In this document: one piece after another, positions 44,359 through 55,025 of the stretch
Position numbering within the stretch: the stretch's first letter is position 1
Layout of the letters: every line of letters begins with the position of its first letter
NCBI GenBank assembly: GCA_038062895.1
Contig: JBBTWJ010000014.1
Span: 4,036 to 68,035, forward strand
Reading direction: 5' to 3'
Length of the DNA stretch: 64,000 nt
Source of the DNA: Patescibacteria group bacterium
Lineage (GTDB): Bacteria; Patescibacteriota; Microgenomatia; UBA10105; UBA927
The notes under the pieces: model-generated
What the model saw: the letters and a program-made list of their open reading frames with translations, nothing else
Database searches by the model: none
Told to the model about the DNA's origin: nothing
Made by a program: the position numbers and the translations under genes

Positions 44359-45435
44359 ATGTCCACATCCTCCACACATGCAAAAGAACTCTCAAAACTA
44401 GGAGCTGCTAAAGGTGGTAATGCTCGTGCAGAACTTCTTACCTCTCAAGAACGGAAAGAAATCGCCAGTATGGCTGTTAGAGCAAGATGGGCAAAAGAAA
44501 AAGGAGTACCTATTGAACAGATAGGAGGAGGGCAAGTATCCCCGCCTGCACAAGCTAGCAAAGAAGATAAAACGCCTCCCCAAGGACTCATTTCGCTTTT
44601 TCGAGGTACCTTACAAATGGGAAATGTAAGTTTTGCATGCCATGTTTTGAACAATGGAAACCGAGTAATAGCACAGTCAGAAATCGTAAAAGTATTGGCA
44701 GGCACGGCTTCAGGTGATTTACCGAGGTATATCTCAGCAGTTGCTATTAGCAAGTATATTAATGTCGCTGAAGTATCAAAAAAGACTATTAAATTTAAAG
44801 TGCCTGGAACACAGTATGAGGTAACAGGTTATGATGCTACGCTTCTGATAGAAATATGTGACGCTTATCTCAAAGCGAGAGATAATGAAAATTTAACCGC
44901 AACACAAGAGAAGTTGGCAAAACAAGCAGAAATTATCATGCGTGCATGTGCGAAGGTCGGTATTATTGCGCTCATTGATGAGGCTACTGGGTATCAAAAA
45001 ATACGATCAGAAAACGCGTTGCGCCTTAAATTGCAGGCATTTATAGCCGAGGACATGCAGGAATGGGCAAGAATGTTTCCCGAAGATTTTTTCTTTGAAC
45101 TTGCGAGACTGGAAAATATAAGTTATTCACCACGAGGTCGTCCATTGCGCTGGGGAAGATATATTATGAACTTTGTTTATCGTGCTATAGATAAAGATGT
45201 AGCAAAAGAGCTAAAAGACAAAATTCCTAATCCACACAAGGGACAAAATTTGCATCAATGGTTACGAGATTATGGTAAAGACAGGCTTACAGCTCAAATT
45301 CATCAGGTGTTAGGAGTTATGAAAACCTGCAAGAACATGGATGAATTTAGAGGAAAATTCAAGACGATTTTTGGGCACGAACCTGAGCAGCTTTCTTTTT
45401 TGGATTTAGCTGATTCTTCTGTGTCGCCTTCTTAA
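44359..45435 (+). CDS. phage-associated protein, possibly P63C-domain-like
   Basis: 358 aa at about 42% GC, lower than the flanks. The IALIDEATGYQKIR segment resembles P63C-domain proteins. Weak. Confidence 0.4.
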   Translation: MSTSSTHAKELSKLGAAKGGNARAELLTSQERKEIASMAVRARWAKEKGVPIEQIGGGQVSPPAQASKEDKTPPQGLISLFRGTLQMGNVSFACHVLNNGNRVIAQSEIVKVLAGTASGDLPRYISAVAISKYINVAEVSKKTIKFKVPGTQYEVTGYDATLLIEICDAYLKARDNENLTATQEKLAKQAEIIMRACAKVGIIALIDEATGYQKIRSENALRLKLQAFIAEDMQEWARMFPEDFFFELARLENISYSPRGRPLRWGRYIMNFVYRAIDKDVAKELKDKIPNPHKGQNLHQWLRDYGKDRLTAQIHQVLGVMKTCKNMDEFRGKFKTIFGHEPEQLSFLDLADSSVSPS

Positions 45436-45516
45436 CAATCTGCGCTGCCAATTTGTTTATATCCTTCATGAAAGTAGTATGCCATACGGGTTTACTCGTG
45501 TCTAGGCCATTTCATT

Positions 45517-46407
45517 TCAAATTGACCCACTACCTAATTCTTCCAGAAGTTCCCGCTCCCGACGGGAAAGATGTGTGGGGATCGTGAGCTGGATACGGAC
45601 ATACTGATCGCCCCTACCATTACCCCGCACGTTGGGCACACCTTTGCCGCGAAGACGAATGAGTGTCCCGGGCTGTGTCCCGGGCTGAACACGGATAGAT
45701 AATGGTCCATCAATCGTCGGCACTTCCACCACCGCGCCAAGGGCTGCCTGCGTGAAGGTAATTTCCTGATCAACAATCAGATCATTGCCCTCCCGTTTAA
45801 ACTGTTTATCGGGGTGTACCGCAATCACAATATCAAAATCATCAAACCGGATGCGTGATCCGGTATCCACCCCTGCCGGGATCTTAATTGTTTTTCGCGT
45901 TGTGCCCTCTCCTGCCCGGCCACGCGGCACGTGGACTTCTTTCGTTACCCCGCGTGCGGCCTCTAATAAATCTATGGTAATTTCATACACTTCCCGCCTG
46001 GCTCTCGTTTGACGTTGTGAAAACCCGCCACCAAAAAACTGTTCAAAGATATCGAACGGATCTATCGTTTGTTCAAAATCTGCTCCGAATGGCGAACCGC
46101 CGCCTGAAGACCACGAGTAAGTGAACGGTCCCTGTCCACCACCGAATGGCCCCTGGCCCGGAGCGCCCCCACCCATACCAGGTTGAAATGCGGCAGCTCC
46201 AAACTGATCATAGGTTTCTCGCTTTTTCGGATCCGATACGACCGCATACGCCTCGTTGATTTCTTTAAACTTTTCATTTGCCCCGGCGCTTTTATTGCGA
46301 TCCGGATGCCACTCAAGCGCAAGTTTCCGGTACGCCTTCTTGATCTCGTCAACAGGGGCACTTTTGGAAACTCCTAATATGTCATAATAATCCCGTTTCG
46401 TCGCCAT
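45517..46407 (-). CDS. dnaJ: DnaJ-class co-chaperone lacking the Cys-rich zinc-finger domain (CbpA-like)
   Basis: J domain with HPD ([13 protein letters not shown]), a G/F-rich region and C-terminal CTD I/II. No CxxCxGxG repeats. Confidence 0.8.
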   Translation of the reverse strand: MATKRDYYDILGVSKSAPVDEIKKAYRKLALEWHPDRNKSAGANEKFKEINEAYAVVSDPKKRETYDQFGAAAFQPGMGGGAPGQGPFGGGQGPFTYSWSSGGGSPFGADFEQTIDPFDIFEQFFGGGFSQRQTRARREVYEITIDLLEAARGVTKEVHVPRGRAGEGTTRKTIKIPAGVDTGSRIRFDDFDIVIAVHPDKQFKREGNDLIVDQEITFTQAALGAVVEVPTIDGPLSIRVQPGTQPGTLIRLRGKGVPNVRGNGRGDQYVRIQLTIPTHLSRRERELLEELGSGSI

Positions 46408-46519
46408 AGGCTTAGATTAGCACATGATGAATGAACTTGATGAGCACATGATACAAGGGGCGCGCTTCCGCGCGCCCAATTATATTATTCTTTTATTTTA
46501 TTATTCGCTTATTTGTGTA

Positions 46520-48442
46520 TTAACTCACGACCTCTCCCTCTTCCACCTTTTTCTCGTCCTTCTTCTTCCCGTTCCCCGATTGAGCCTTATCATCTCCCTG
46601 TTCTGCAGAAGGCTGAGCACTGTCCGCTGACGGCTCTGCGCCACCCGGCGGATTTTGATACGCTGCCGCTCCCACCTTCTGAACTATTTCAGAAAGCTCA
46701 CTCGTTGCCTTTTCCAAATCTTCTTTGCTTCCCGTCTCCAGGATATCTTTGAGGGCCTTCGTTTTTTCCTCAACCGCCGTTTTATCCTCAGGCTTAACCT
46801 TATCCCCCATGTCTTTGAGCGTCTTCTCTGCGGTATAAATCATGTTATCCGCACGATTTCGGACTTCAATCTTTTCCTTTTTGGCGGTATCTTCCGCGGC
46901 ATGCTCTTCAGCTTCTTTTCTCATCTTCTCGACTTCGTCTTTGGAAAGACCGGTCGAACCCGTGATCGTAATATTAGACACCTTGCCGCTTGCTTTATCT
47001 TTAGCGGTCACGTTGAGAATTCCGCTTGCATCAATATCAAAGGTCACCTCTACCTGCGGCACACCACGTGGCGCTGGCGGGATACCCGAAAGCACAAAAC
47101 GGCCTAACGATTTATTATCGGTGGCCATCGGTCGTTCACCCTGGAGCACATTGATCTCAACGGACGTCTGACTATCAGCGGCGGTTGAAAATATTTCGCT
47201 CTTGCTCGTGGGAACGGTCGTGTTGCGCGTAATCAAAGGCGTTGAAACACCACCAAGCGTCTCGACCCCAAGCGTGAGCGGTGTCACGTCCAGAAGGACC
47301 ACATCTTTGACGTCCCCGGAAAGCACCCCCGCCTGCACGGCAGCACCGATAGCAACCACTTCATCCGGATTGACCGACCGGTTCGGATCACGGCCAAAAA
47401 ATGACTTGACCACTTCCACAACCTTTGGCATCCGCGTCATGCCACCCACCATAACCACTTCATTGATGTCGCTTATCTTCATCTTGGCGTCGGCCAAACA
47501 CTTTTTGACCGGCTCAATCGACTTTTGGATAAGCTCGCCCACAAGCGACTCAAGCTTAGATCTGGTTAATTTCATCACCAGATGCAGTGGCCCCTCTTTC
47601 CCCTGTGTGATGAAGGGGAGATTAACTTCGGTTTCAAGCGAGCTGGAAAGCTCAACTTTGGCTTTCTCTGCCGCGTCCCTCAACCTCTGAAGAGCTTGCG
47701 GGTCGCTGCGCAGATCTACCCCGTGTTCTTTCTTAAACTCATCGGCAAAAAAATCAAGGATGACTTTATCAAAATCATCGCCGCCCAGATGGGTATCCCC
47801 ATTCGTAGATTTCACTTCATACACGCCTTCTCCTAGTTCCAGAATCGAGATATCAAACGTACCGCCACCCAGATCATACACGGCGATCGTATGCACGTTT
47901 TTTTTGTCTAATCCGTACGCAAGCGCTGCCGCCGTGGGCTCGTTGAGAATGCGAAGTACTTCCAGTCCCGCGATCTCTCCGGCCTGTTTCGTTGCCTGCC
48001 GCTGACTATCGTCAAAATAAGCAGGAACGGTGATGACTGCTTGCGTGATCGCACCACCCAAATATTTCTCTGCGTCGGCTTTGATTTTAGAAAGCACTTT
48101 GGCAGAAATTTCCTGCGGGGTGAACTGCCGGCCTTCGACTTCCACGACAGCCATGTCATTTTTACCGGATTTGATCGTATACGGCAACCACTTCGCGTCC
48201 CGCTGCACAGAATCGTCGGAATACTTACGCCCCATGAGGCGTTTCACGGAAAATACGGTCGATTTGGGGTTGATGACCATTTGACGTTTTGCCACGTCAC
48301 CCACAATATTTTTTATGGGATCCACGACGGATGGAACGGTATTTTTCCCTTCTGCGGAATGGATCACTTTGGGAGATCCTCCCTCCATAACTGCCACACA
48401 TGAATTTGTTGTTCCCAGATCAATACCAATTATTTTTGCCAT
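46520..48442 (-). CDS. dnaK: molecular chaperone DnaK (Hsp70)
   Basis: [22 protein letters not shown] and the full Hsp70 layout. The start is placed at the internal ATG (48442). Confidence 0.95.
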   Translation of the reverse strand: MAKIIGIDLGTTNSCVAVMEGGSPKVIHSAEGKNTVPSVVDPIKNIVGDVAKRQMVINPKSTVFSVKRLMGRKYSDDSVQRDAKWLPYTIKSGKNDMAVVEVEGRQFTPQEISAKVLSKIKADAEKYLGGAITQAVITVPAYFDDSQRQATKQAGEIAGLEVLRILNEPTAAALAYGLDKKNVHTIAVYDLGGGTFDISILELGEGVYEVKSTNGDTHLGGDDFDKVILDFFADEFKKEHGVDLRSDPQALQRLRDAAEKAKVELSSSLETEVNLPFITQGKEGPLHLVMKLTRSKLESLVGELIQKSIEPVKKCLADAKMKISDINEVVMVGGMTRMPKVVEVVKSFFGRDPNRSVNPDEVVAIGAAVQAGVLSGDVKDVVLLDVTPLTLGVETLGGVSTPLITRNTTVPTSKSEIFSTAADSQTSVEINVLQGERPMATDNKSLGRFVLSGIPPAPRGVPQVEVTFDIDASGILNVTAKDKASGKVSNITITGSTGLSKDEVEKMRKEAEEHAAEDTAKKEKIEVRNRADNMIYTAEKTLKDMGDKVKPEDKTAVEEKTKALKDILETGSKEDLEKATSELSEIVQKVGAAAYQNPPGGAEPSADSAQPSAEQGDDKAQSGNGKKKDEKKVEEGEVVS

Positions 48443-48581
48443 ATGTACCTTTCTAGAAGCTCTTTCCAATGCAAAGCATTGGATTAGAGATTCTTGAACC
48501 CTCCTAAGACCGCTCTTCGAGCCGTGTACGAATAGTACCTAAAGGCGAGAAGTAAGGTCAGGAGGGCCTTATTTATATATA

Positions 48582-49040
48582 TTATATAGTATTTTTCTTT
48601 CCAACCTTCACCTGTGCTACCCGGATGATCTTTCCGTGGAGCATATATCCGGGAAGCAATTCTTGGACAACCACGTTATCTTCCCCATCAACGACTTCAA
48701 TGCACTCCATGCTGCCGGGATCAAACAGCGCTCCTGCGACCATAAACTTCACCACTCCCTGCGACGCAAAAAATGCATCTAATTCCTTTAGGACTAAGGC
48801 TAACCCGCTGTCCTCTAGATGTTTCTGGGCCCGCTCCAGTGTGTCCACCACCGGCAATAACCTGGTTATCACGGACTGAGCGGCATATCCCCTGATTTCT
48901 GCTTTTTCTAGCCCGGACCGTTTTTCTAAATTCTGATAATCCGCCAGCGCCCGCAGATATTTACTTTTCCATTCCTCTGCTTGCTTCTGCAACTCAACAA
49001 ATTGTTCATCTGTTTTCTTTGTCATATTTGGACTCACCAA
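48582..49040 (-). CDS. grpE: nucleotide exchange factor GrpE
   Basis: Coiled-coil N-terminus and a conserved C-terminal beta domain. 152 aa. Confidence 0.85.
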   Translation of the reverse strand: MVSPNMTKKTDEQFVELQKQAEEWKSKYLRALADYQNLEKRSGLEKAEIRGYAAQSVITRLLPVVDTLERAQKHLEDSGLALVLKELDAFFASQGVVKFMVAGALFDPGSMECIEVVDGEDNVVVQELLPGYMLHGKIIRVAQVKVGKKNTI

Positions 49041-49765
49041 CTGGCGGCAAATTCATCAATCAGTCCGCCCAAATAATGAACAACAGGGATGATGCTCGGA
49101 TAGTTTAACCTTGATGGGCCCACTACGCCAATCGCCCCGGACACATGCGGCGTCGTAAACTTCGTATAGATGAAGCCACACTGGGACAAATTTTTTCCTC
49201 CTAGTTCATCGCCCAATAGTATCGCCGATACATCATCGTGGGACTCTAGAAGCTTCCACCAATAGTCAAATTCATCCAACGTTCCCAATAAATCATGCGT
49301 CAGATCATAATCAAAAAACTCCGGACTATCCAGGATATGAGCAGTACCTGCATAATAGAGGTCGCCATCTTTTGTCGCAGTAATCGCGAGTGATTTTGTA
49401 CGATCAGCGAGCGCTTTCGTTGCTTCCCGCAATAGCTTATCTATCTCTTGACGGTAGTCCCAGATCTTATCTTTTACCGCGACCTCTTCGGCGACAGACA
49501 TATCCTTGGTTTTCATGAGGTGATCGACGTAGTAACGCATGGCCACGGGTGTCGGAGCTCTCCCTGAAGAAGTGTGCTGCTGATGGAGGAGTTTCATATC
49601 CGTGAGCCTCACCATCTCATTTCGGATGGTTGCGGGAGAAACTCCTAAAGAATATTTTTTATCCAACGTCTCGCTACCCACCGGCTCTGCTGTCGCGATA
49701 TATTCCTCGATGATAGCGTTAAGGATTTGAATTTGTCGATCTGAAAGATTTGGTATTTGATCCAT
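49034..49765 (-). CDS. hrcA: heat-inducible transcription repressor HrcA
   Basis: N-terminal wHTH (ILNAIIEEYIATAEPVGSETL) and HrcA C-terminal domains. Confidence 0.85.
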   Translation of the reverse strand: MDQIPNLSDRQIQILNAIIEEYIATAEPVGSETLDKKYSLGVSPATIRNEMVRLTDMKLLHQQHTSSGRAPTPVAMRYYVDHLMKTKDMSVAEEVAVKDKIWDYRQEIDKLLREATKALADRTKSLAITATKDGDLYYAGTAHILDSPEFFDYDLTHDLLGTLDEFDYWWKLLESHDDVSAILLGDELGGKNLSQCGFIYTKFTTPHVSGAIGVVGPSRLNYPSIIPVVHYLGGLIDEFAASW

Positions 49766-49767
49766 GA

Positions 49768-49794
49768 TTAGCACTAATATACCTCGAGTGCTAA
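49768..49794. promoter_or_regulatory. CIRCE operator TTAGCACTA-N9-GAGTGCTAA directly upstream of hrcA
   Basis: One mismatch from the consensus TTAGCACTC-N9-GAGTGCTAA. Established as the HrcA binding site of dnaK/groE operons. Confidence 0.85.
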
Positions 49795-49834
49795 CCCTTG
49801 TCAATACCCTTCTTATTCTTCATAATGATGATGT

Positions 49835-50893
49835 ATGAAAAAACTTCCTCAACTCCTGATCGGACTCCTCCTCCTTGTCGCTATTCCCGTTACGATATTT
49901 CTCGCTGGACAACGGCAGGAAATCAGAAAAAAAGCCGCTCCCGCAACGACCATGGCCATTATCCCGGCATCAATCACTAAAAAAGTGGACGATGTATTCA
50001 CCGTAGAAGTTACCATCGACACCGGCGAAAATCAGATCGTTGCCATCGAACTTCATATCACATTTGACGAAACGAAACTGGAAGCGAAAACCATCACCAA
50101 CGGCTCTTTGTTTCCCAATGTTCTGGCTTCCGGTACTATTGAGCCTGGTGCGGGTTCAATTACCGTCGGGGCGGCAGATGCAAAAGAACCAGTACGGGGG
50201 GTTGGCACTGTGGCTACAATTACATTCCAAGCAAAAGAAAAAACAGACGCTCCTGCCGCCATCAGATTTGCGTCCAACACGTTCGTCGGAGGGTTAAGTG
50301 AAGGAGCAACAAACGTGTTGGTAGGGACGACTCCCTCATCCGTCACCATCGCCAATAGTATTGTCCAAAACACCCTCACTACGACCCCAAGTCCGACACT
50401 AACCATCACACCGAGTAAACCCGCTTCGCAATCGAGTCCATCCGGCGAGGCTACAACAACTCCTACGGCGACGCCTACGACAGCAGTCACGACACAGCTA
50501 TCTATCGTCTCACCGGTGGCAAATGATACTGCCACTACTCATAAACCGACCATACAAGGCAAAGCTGTACCGGGATCAACCATCACGGTCACGGTGTATT
50601 CCACGCCGCAAACGGTAACGCTCACGGCTGACGCAAACGGCAACTGGAGTTTTACCCCCGATGCGCCCCTTGAGGCTGGTCCTCATAATATTGTCGTTTC
50701 CACGACTGACCAAAGCGGTCAAACACAAACTGCTACTGCGGCCTTCGTCGTGGCAGCTTCAGACATACAGATAGGTGGGTCGGAAAGCACAATCCCTGTT
50801 TCCGGGACTATGGAAAATACCTTGTTGCTCATCTTGATAGGTATTGCATTCATACTTATGGGCGTTGTCATTCCCGCGCTTAGTTCCATATGA
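49835..50893 (+). CDS. surface protein with cohesin-like domain, Thr-rich linker, Ig-like domain and C-terminal IPVSG + hydrophobic anchor
   Basis: Signal peptide. The DDVFTVEVTIDTGENQIVAIELHITFDETKLEAKTITNGSLFPN segment resembles cohesin domains. C-terminus is TIPVSGTMENTLLLILIGIAFIL. Confidence 0.5.
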   Translation: MKKLPQLLIGLLLLVAIPVTIFLAGQRQEIRKKAAPATTMAIIPASITKKVDDVFTVEVTIDTGENQIVAIELHITFDETKLEAKTITNGSLFPNVLASGTIEPGAGSITVGAADAKEPVRGVGTVATITFQAKEKTDAPAAIRFASNTFVGGLSEGATNVLVGTTPSSVTIANSIVQNTLTTTPSPTLTITPSKPASQSSPSGEATTTPTATPTTAVTTQLSIVSPVANDTATTHKPTIQGKAVPGSTITVTVYSTPQTVTLTADANGNWSFTPDAPLEAGPHNIVVSTTDQSGQTQTATAAFVVAASDIQIGGSESTIPVSGTMENTLLLILIGIAFILMGVVIPALSSI

Positions 50894-52308
50894 AAATCTC
50901 TTTCACGGCTCGGGTCGCAAATAAAACCATGTCCGTCATCTCATTTGTGGCACTTCTCGTCTTTTTGCCACTCCTCCTTTTGGCCGTCTATCAGACGGCA
51001 ACGATCATATCCAGAGCCACGGGTACTCAAGCAAATATCATGGTCGATGTAAGTGTCCAGACCCGCCAAAAAGTCGACCCTACGTTCATGCATGCATTTG
51101 CCCAAGGAGGAGAGGAAACCGACAATTGGTTGACCCCCATACTAAAAGAGGTGACCGCACTCAAGCCGGCACGCATACGTATCGATCATATCTATGATTA
51201 TTACAATATTGTCAACAAAAAAGATAATACACTCTCATTTGATTTTTCCCGGCTCGATCTGATTATCGATGCCATCAGCCAGACCGGCGCGACGCCAGTT
51301 ATCTCCCTATCCTACATGCCGGCAGCAATCGCCAAAGACGGAAAAATCATCAATCCGCCCACCAACTGGGATGACTGGGCACTCGTCGTCCAAAAAACAA
51401 TTGAACACGTGAGCGGGCAATCCCAAAAGAATCTTTCCGGAGTATATTATGAAGTTTGGAATGAGCCGGATCATGAACAATTCGGCGGATGGTCTCTTAG
51501 TGGAGATAAAAATTATCTCACTCTCTACCAGAATGCAGCCAAAGGCGCCTCTGCCGCCACACAAACCCGCCCCTTTTTCTTCGGTGGACCGGCAACCACT
51601 GGTCTTTATAAAAACTGGATCGTAAAACTCGTAGAAAGCGGGGCAAGGCTCGATTTCCTCTCTTGGCATTCATACCTTGACGACCCCATGCGTTTTCGGG
51701 AAGATCAAAACAATCTCATCTCTTGGCTCATACGGTACCCGGAAGCCGTTCTTCTTCCGAAACTCATCACAGAATTCGGATTTACCGGCGCCAAAGATAT
51801 ACGATACGGCAATCAGTTTGCTGCGGCCTATACCGCCGCGGTGTTTCGGCAACTGGCAACGGCAGGTCCCCAAGGACTTTTTACCTTTCAGATCAAAGAC
51901 GGGCCCAATCAGGAAAAAGGAGATGGATGGGGACTTATCACTCATCAGTCACAAGGAAAAACTCTTAAACCTCGCTATTATGTCTTCTCATTCCTTGATC
52001 GTATGGCCGGCACCCAACTGTCTGTGACCGGAGAAGGGACATGGGTAAGTGCTCTTGCTACCCAACAGGGAGAAACTATGCGTATTCTCCTCGTAAATTA
52101 CGACGCAACCGGCAATCATACCGAAACTGTTCCGGTGCGCATTACCAATCTGAACAATGGCACGTATACATACGCCCAACAATATCTTCAGGGATTGCTG
52201 CCCGACGAGGCTAAAACCACAACAGAAATTATTTCAGACGGAACCCTTTCAAAGCAACTCTTCATGCCCGCACAGAGCGTCGTTCTTCTGGAAATCTCCA
52301 AAAAATAA
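50890..52308 (+). CDS. TIM-barrel glycoside hydrolase (clan GH-A, GH39/GH5-like) with N-terminal TM anchor
   Basis: YYEVWNEPD catalytic acid/base motif and a second E in the ITEFGF region. Confidence 0.55.
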   Translation: MKISFTARVANKTMSVISFVALLVFLPLLLLAVYQTATIISRATGTQANIMVDVSVQTRQKVDPTFMHAFAQGGEETDNWLTPILKEVTALKPARIRIDHIYDYYNIVNKKDNTLSFDFSRLDLIIDAISQTGATPVISLSYMPAAIAKDGKIINPPTNWDDWALVVQKTIEHVSGQSQKNLSGVYYEVWNEPDHEQFGGWSLSGDKNYLTLYQNAAKGASAATQTRPFFFGGPATTGLYKNWIVKLVESGARLDFLSWHSYLDDPMRFREDQNNLISWLIRYPEAVLLPKLITEFGFTGAKDIRYGNQFAAAYTAAVFRQLATAGPQGLFTFQIKDGPNQEKGDGWGLITHQSQGKTLKPRYYVFSFLDRMAGTQLSVTGEGTWVSALATQQGETMRILLVNYDATGNHTETVPVRITNLNNGTYTYAQQYLQGLLPDEAKTTTEIISDGTLSKQLFMPAQSVVLLEISKK

Positions 52309-52312
52309 CCCA

Positions 52313-53974
52313 TTAATCAATCTTATCCTGTACTCCGCCGTTTATCACCTCGCGCGCCGGTTCAAAGAGAACAGCGGGCATCCGACGGACCCGCTTGAGC
52401 ATGGAAAGAAACGAATGCACTTCGCCCACCCCCATCACCCAAGAGAGAAAGATATAAACACCCAGTCCAATAGTCGTGGTCATGCCCGTCAACAGGAGGA
52501 GACCAAACGTGCGCGTCGTATCAAATACCAGTTGATCCAGTATTTTAAGGGGAATATATACCGCCACTCCGGCAATCAGGGCCGCAACCGACATTTTCAT
52601 GAGGGGAACAAAAAACTCTCTGCGTGAAAATGATTCCAGTCGTTTGTCTAATAATACAAACAGAGCCACAGCCTGTGCAATACTTGCAATAGAGGTAGAA
52701 AGACCAAGGGACCAAACCGGCAACCGCAACCACGTGATAAACATAATCGAGAGCAATGCATTGCCCAGGATGCTGCCGACGGCCACGACCACAGGGGTCT
52801 TACTATCATAGAGTGCATAATACGCACGTGCTAAAAGATTAATGGCTGCTTGAGCCCCTAGGGATAGGCTAAACATGGAAAGCGTCATCCCAGTAAGCAC
52901 GGTCGCTTCCCAATCAAACCGTCCGGCACCAAATATAAGCCGCACGATGGGCGTCCGGAGGATAATAAACAAAACGCTCACGGGCAATATAAAAAATAAC
53001 ATCTGATGAAGCGACGTGATAATGGATCTCTTGAATTCATCCTTATCATTATTTGCGGCCGATAGCGAAAGCGATGGAAGTGCCGCCTGAGCGATGGTTA
53101 CCCCAAATAAACCAATGGGCAACTGCTGGAGATGTTGAGCAAAATTAAATATCGTCACCATCCTGGCGCCCAGAAAACTAGCGAGCATAAGATCAACCGT
53201 CGTATCGATCTGTGATGCGGCCAACCCCAACGTTCTGGGGGCCATGAGTTTCATGACATCCCGTACTCCTTTATGATTCAAATCCACGACATACTGATGC
53301 CGGTATCCTAAAGAGATGAGCACTGGTATCTGTATAAGCATAAAGAGCATCGCCCCAATGCCAACGCCTATGACGGGAGCAAACAATCCAAGCGTGGGCG
53401 TAAACACGATAATTCCGAGGATGATGCCTATGTTGTACACAACAGGAGCAAGCGCCGGCACTAAAAAAGACCGAAATGACTGGAGAATACCGGTGAAAAA
53501 ATTTCCCACTAATAATGGTGCAACTTGAAGAACTAAAATAAGCCTGGTAAACTGGGCCATCTGGTTGATTTGCGCTGTCGTAAATCCGGGAGCAAACAAC
53601 CGTGATATATCCGGCGCCCAGATAAACATCGGGATCACCACAAGGGACAAGAGAAAAAGCGACGCGTTAATGATCGTTGATGCCATCCTCCAGGCCTCTT
53701 CCTCTTTTTCTCCCGTTAAATATCGGGTAAATACCGGTATGAAGGAGGTGGTCAAAGCACCCATCACCAGAAGCTCAAAAAGAAAATTCGGGGTGCGAAA
53801 TGCCGCAAAATATACACCCAACTCATCGGTGCTAAAACGGGCAGCAAGCATCCGGTCTCGCAGAAGTCCCAAAAATCGTGAAGTCGCAACCATCGACGCA
53901 AGAATAAGAGCGGCTGACCCAATCGATGTTTGCCGCCGTGTAAATATCTGCCAGAACGTGCGTTTCATCTCCAC
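52313..53974 (-). CDS. murJ: lipid II flippase MurJ (MviN)
   Basis: 14-TM MOP-superfamily protein with a MurJ-typical N-terminal region. Confidence 0.85.
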   Translation of the reverse strand: MEMKRTFWQIFTRRQTSIGSAALILASMVATSRFLGLLRDRMLAARFSTDELGVYFAAFRTPNFLFELLVMGALTTSFIPVFTRYLTGEKEEEAWRMASTIINASLFLLSLVVIPMFIWAPDISRLFAPGFTTAQINQMAQFTRLILVLQVAPLLVGNFFTGILQSFRSFLVPALAPVVYNIGIILGIIVFTPTLGLFAPVIGVGIGAMLFMLIQIPVLISLGYRHQYVVDLNHKGVRDVMKLMAPRTLGLAASQIDTTVDLMLASFLGARMVTIFNFAQHLQQLPIGLFGVTIAQAALPSLSLSAANNDKDEFKRSIITSLHQMLFFILPVSVLFIILRTPIVRLIFGAGRFDWEATVLTGMTLSMFSLSLGAQAAINLLARAYYALYDSKTPVVVAVGSILGNALLSIMFITWLRLPVWSLGLSTSIASIAQAVALFVLLDKRLESFSRREFFVPLMKMSVAALIAGVAVYIPLKILDQLVFDTTRTFGLLLLTGMTTTIGLGVYIFLSWVMGVGEVHSFLSMLKRVRRMPAVLFEPAREVINGGVQDKID

Positions 53975-54030
53975 TATTATAGTGGAACGCTCCTTGACCA
54001 GCTAGAGACCAATACGATATACTCGTGCGT

Positions 54031-54270
54031 ATGCCTATCACCAAACAAGCGATCAAAAAACTCCGACGAGACCGAACACTCGAAACCCACAACGCCAAGG
54101 TCCGCATGAGTCTGCGTGAATCGATCAAATCCGTACGCCGGAATCCGACCGTCAAGGCGCTCTCACTTGCGTTTAAGCATCTGGATAAAGCTGCTAAAAT
54201 TCACGTTGTCCATAAAAATAAAGCCTCACGTCTCAAATCCCGCCTCTCCCATCTTCTCAAATCGAAATAA
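54031..54270 (+). CDS. rpsT: 30S ribosomal protein S20
   Basis: KQAIKKLRRDRT ... HKNKASRLKSRL matches S20. Confidence 0.8.
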   Translation: MPITKQAIKKLRRDRTLETHNAKVRMSLRESIKSVRRNPTVKALSLAFKHLDKAAKIHVVHKNKASRLKSRLSHLLKSK

Positions 54271-54375
54271 TCCGACCAATCCAGACCAATAAATGAATAA
54301 ATGGGCAAATGATTGAATCATTCAGTAATTTTATTATTCATTGGTCGGATTGGGTTATTGGTAAATTGGTCGGAT
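54271..54375. promoter_or_regulatory. about 100-bp imperfect palindrome downstream of rpsT (TCCGACCAAT...ATTGGTCGGA, CCAATAAATGAATAA...TTATTCATTGG)
   Basis: Read from the sequence. A terminator and/or regulatory structure. Confidence 0.45.
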
Positions 54376-54393
54376 TCGCCTTATACTAGGCAT

Positions 54394-54942
54394 ATGCCTG
54401 CCAAATCCATCGCTATCAATCTACTAGGTCAAGAGGACCTCAAGCATACCCCTCAAGGCCGGCTAATCGGTTGGGCGCTAACCTATGGACGGTATATCAT
54501 GATCGGCACGGAAATCGTTGTCCTTCTCGCTTTTATCTCCCGATTTAGTCTGGACCGCAAACTGACGGATCTTAAGGAAGAAATTAACCAAAAGCAAGCT
54601 ATTTTGGAAGCCAATAGCGGTCTTGAGCTTGAAATCAGAAGACTGCAGGATCAATTAGTGAAGACAAAACAAACGATGACCAATCAACAAATTCCACTCA
54701 ATACGCTCACACTCCTTCAGACGCTCTTGCCTACTGATGTCTATGCGGAAAAGCTGGAAGTTGCCTCAGATCGTCTTTCCGTTGATGCGATCGCAGGGAC
54801 GACCCATGGATTTTCCCAATTTCTCACAAATCTTCAAGCGACCAAACAATTTTCCCGTATCGATATCGGGGATATTAAAAAAAACGCGCTTACCGGTATA
54901 GAATTTAAATTCACTGCATTTCTCTCTAATAAATCCAGATGA
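54394..54942 (+). CDS. pilN: type IV pilus assembly protein PilN-like
   Basis: MPAKSIAINLLGQEDL N-terminus (INLL motif), one TM, then a coiled coil. Confidence 0.5.
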   Translation: MPAKSIAINLLGQEDLKHTPQGRLIGWALTYGRYIMIGTEIVVLLAFISRFSLDRKLTDLKEEINQKQAILEANSGLELEIRRLQDQLVKTKQTMTNQQIPLNTLTLLQTLLPTDVYAEKLEVASDRLSVDAIAGTTHGFSQFLTNLQATKQFSRIDIGDIKKNALTGIEFKFTAFLSNKSR

Positions 54943-55025
54943 AAAACCTTTTACCTTTTTTGACTTTCCCGCCTGCAACGCTTTGCGTAGCATTGCGGGC
55001 AGGTGACTTTTGACTTTTTTAAAGT

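Noticed and set aside
54943-55025. Putative terminator after the pilN-like gene (CCCGCCTGC...GCGGGCAGG + T-rich)
   Set aside because: The arms are permuted rather than strictly complementary, so a convincing stem could not be drawn by eye. Left as uncertain.
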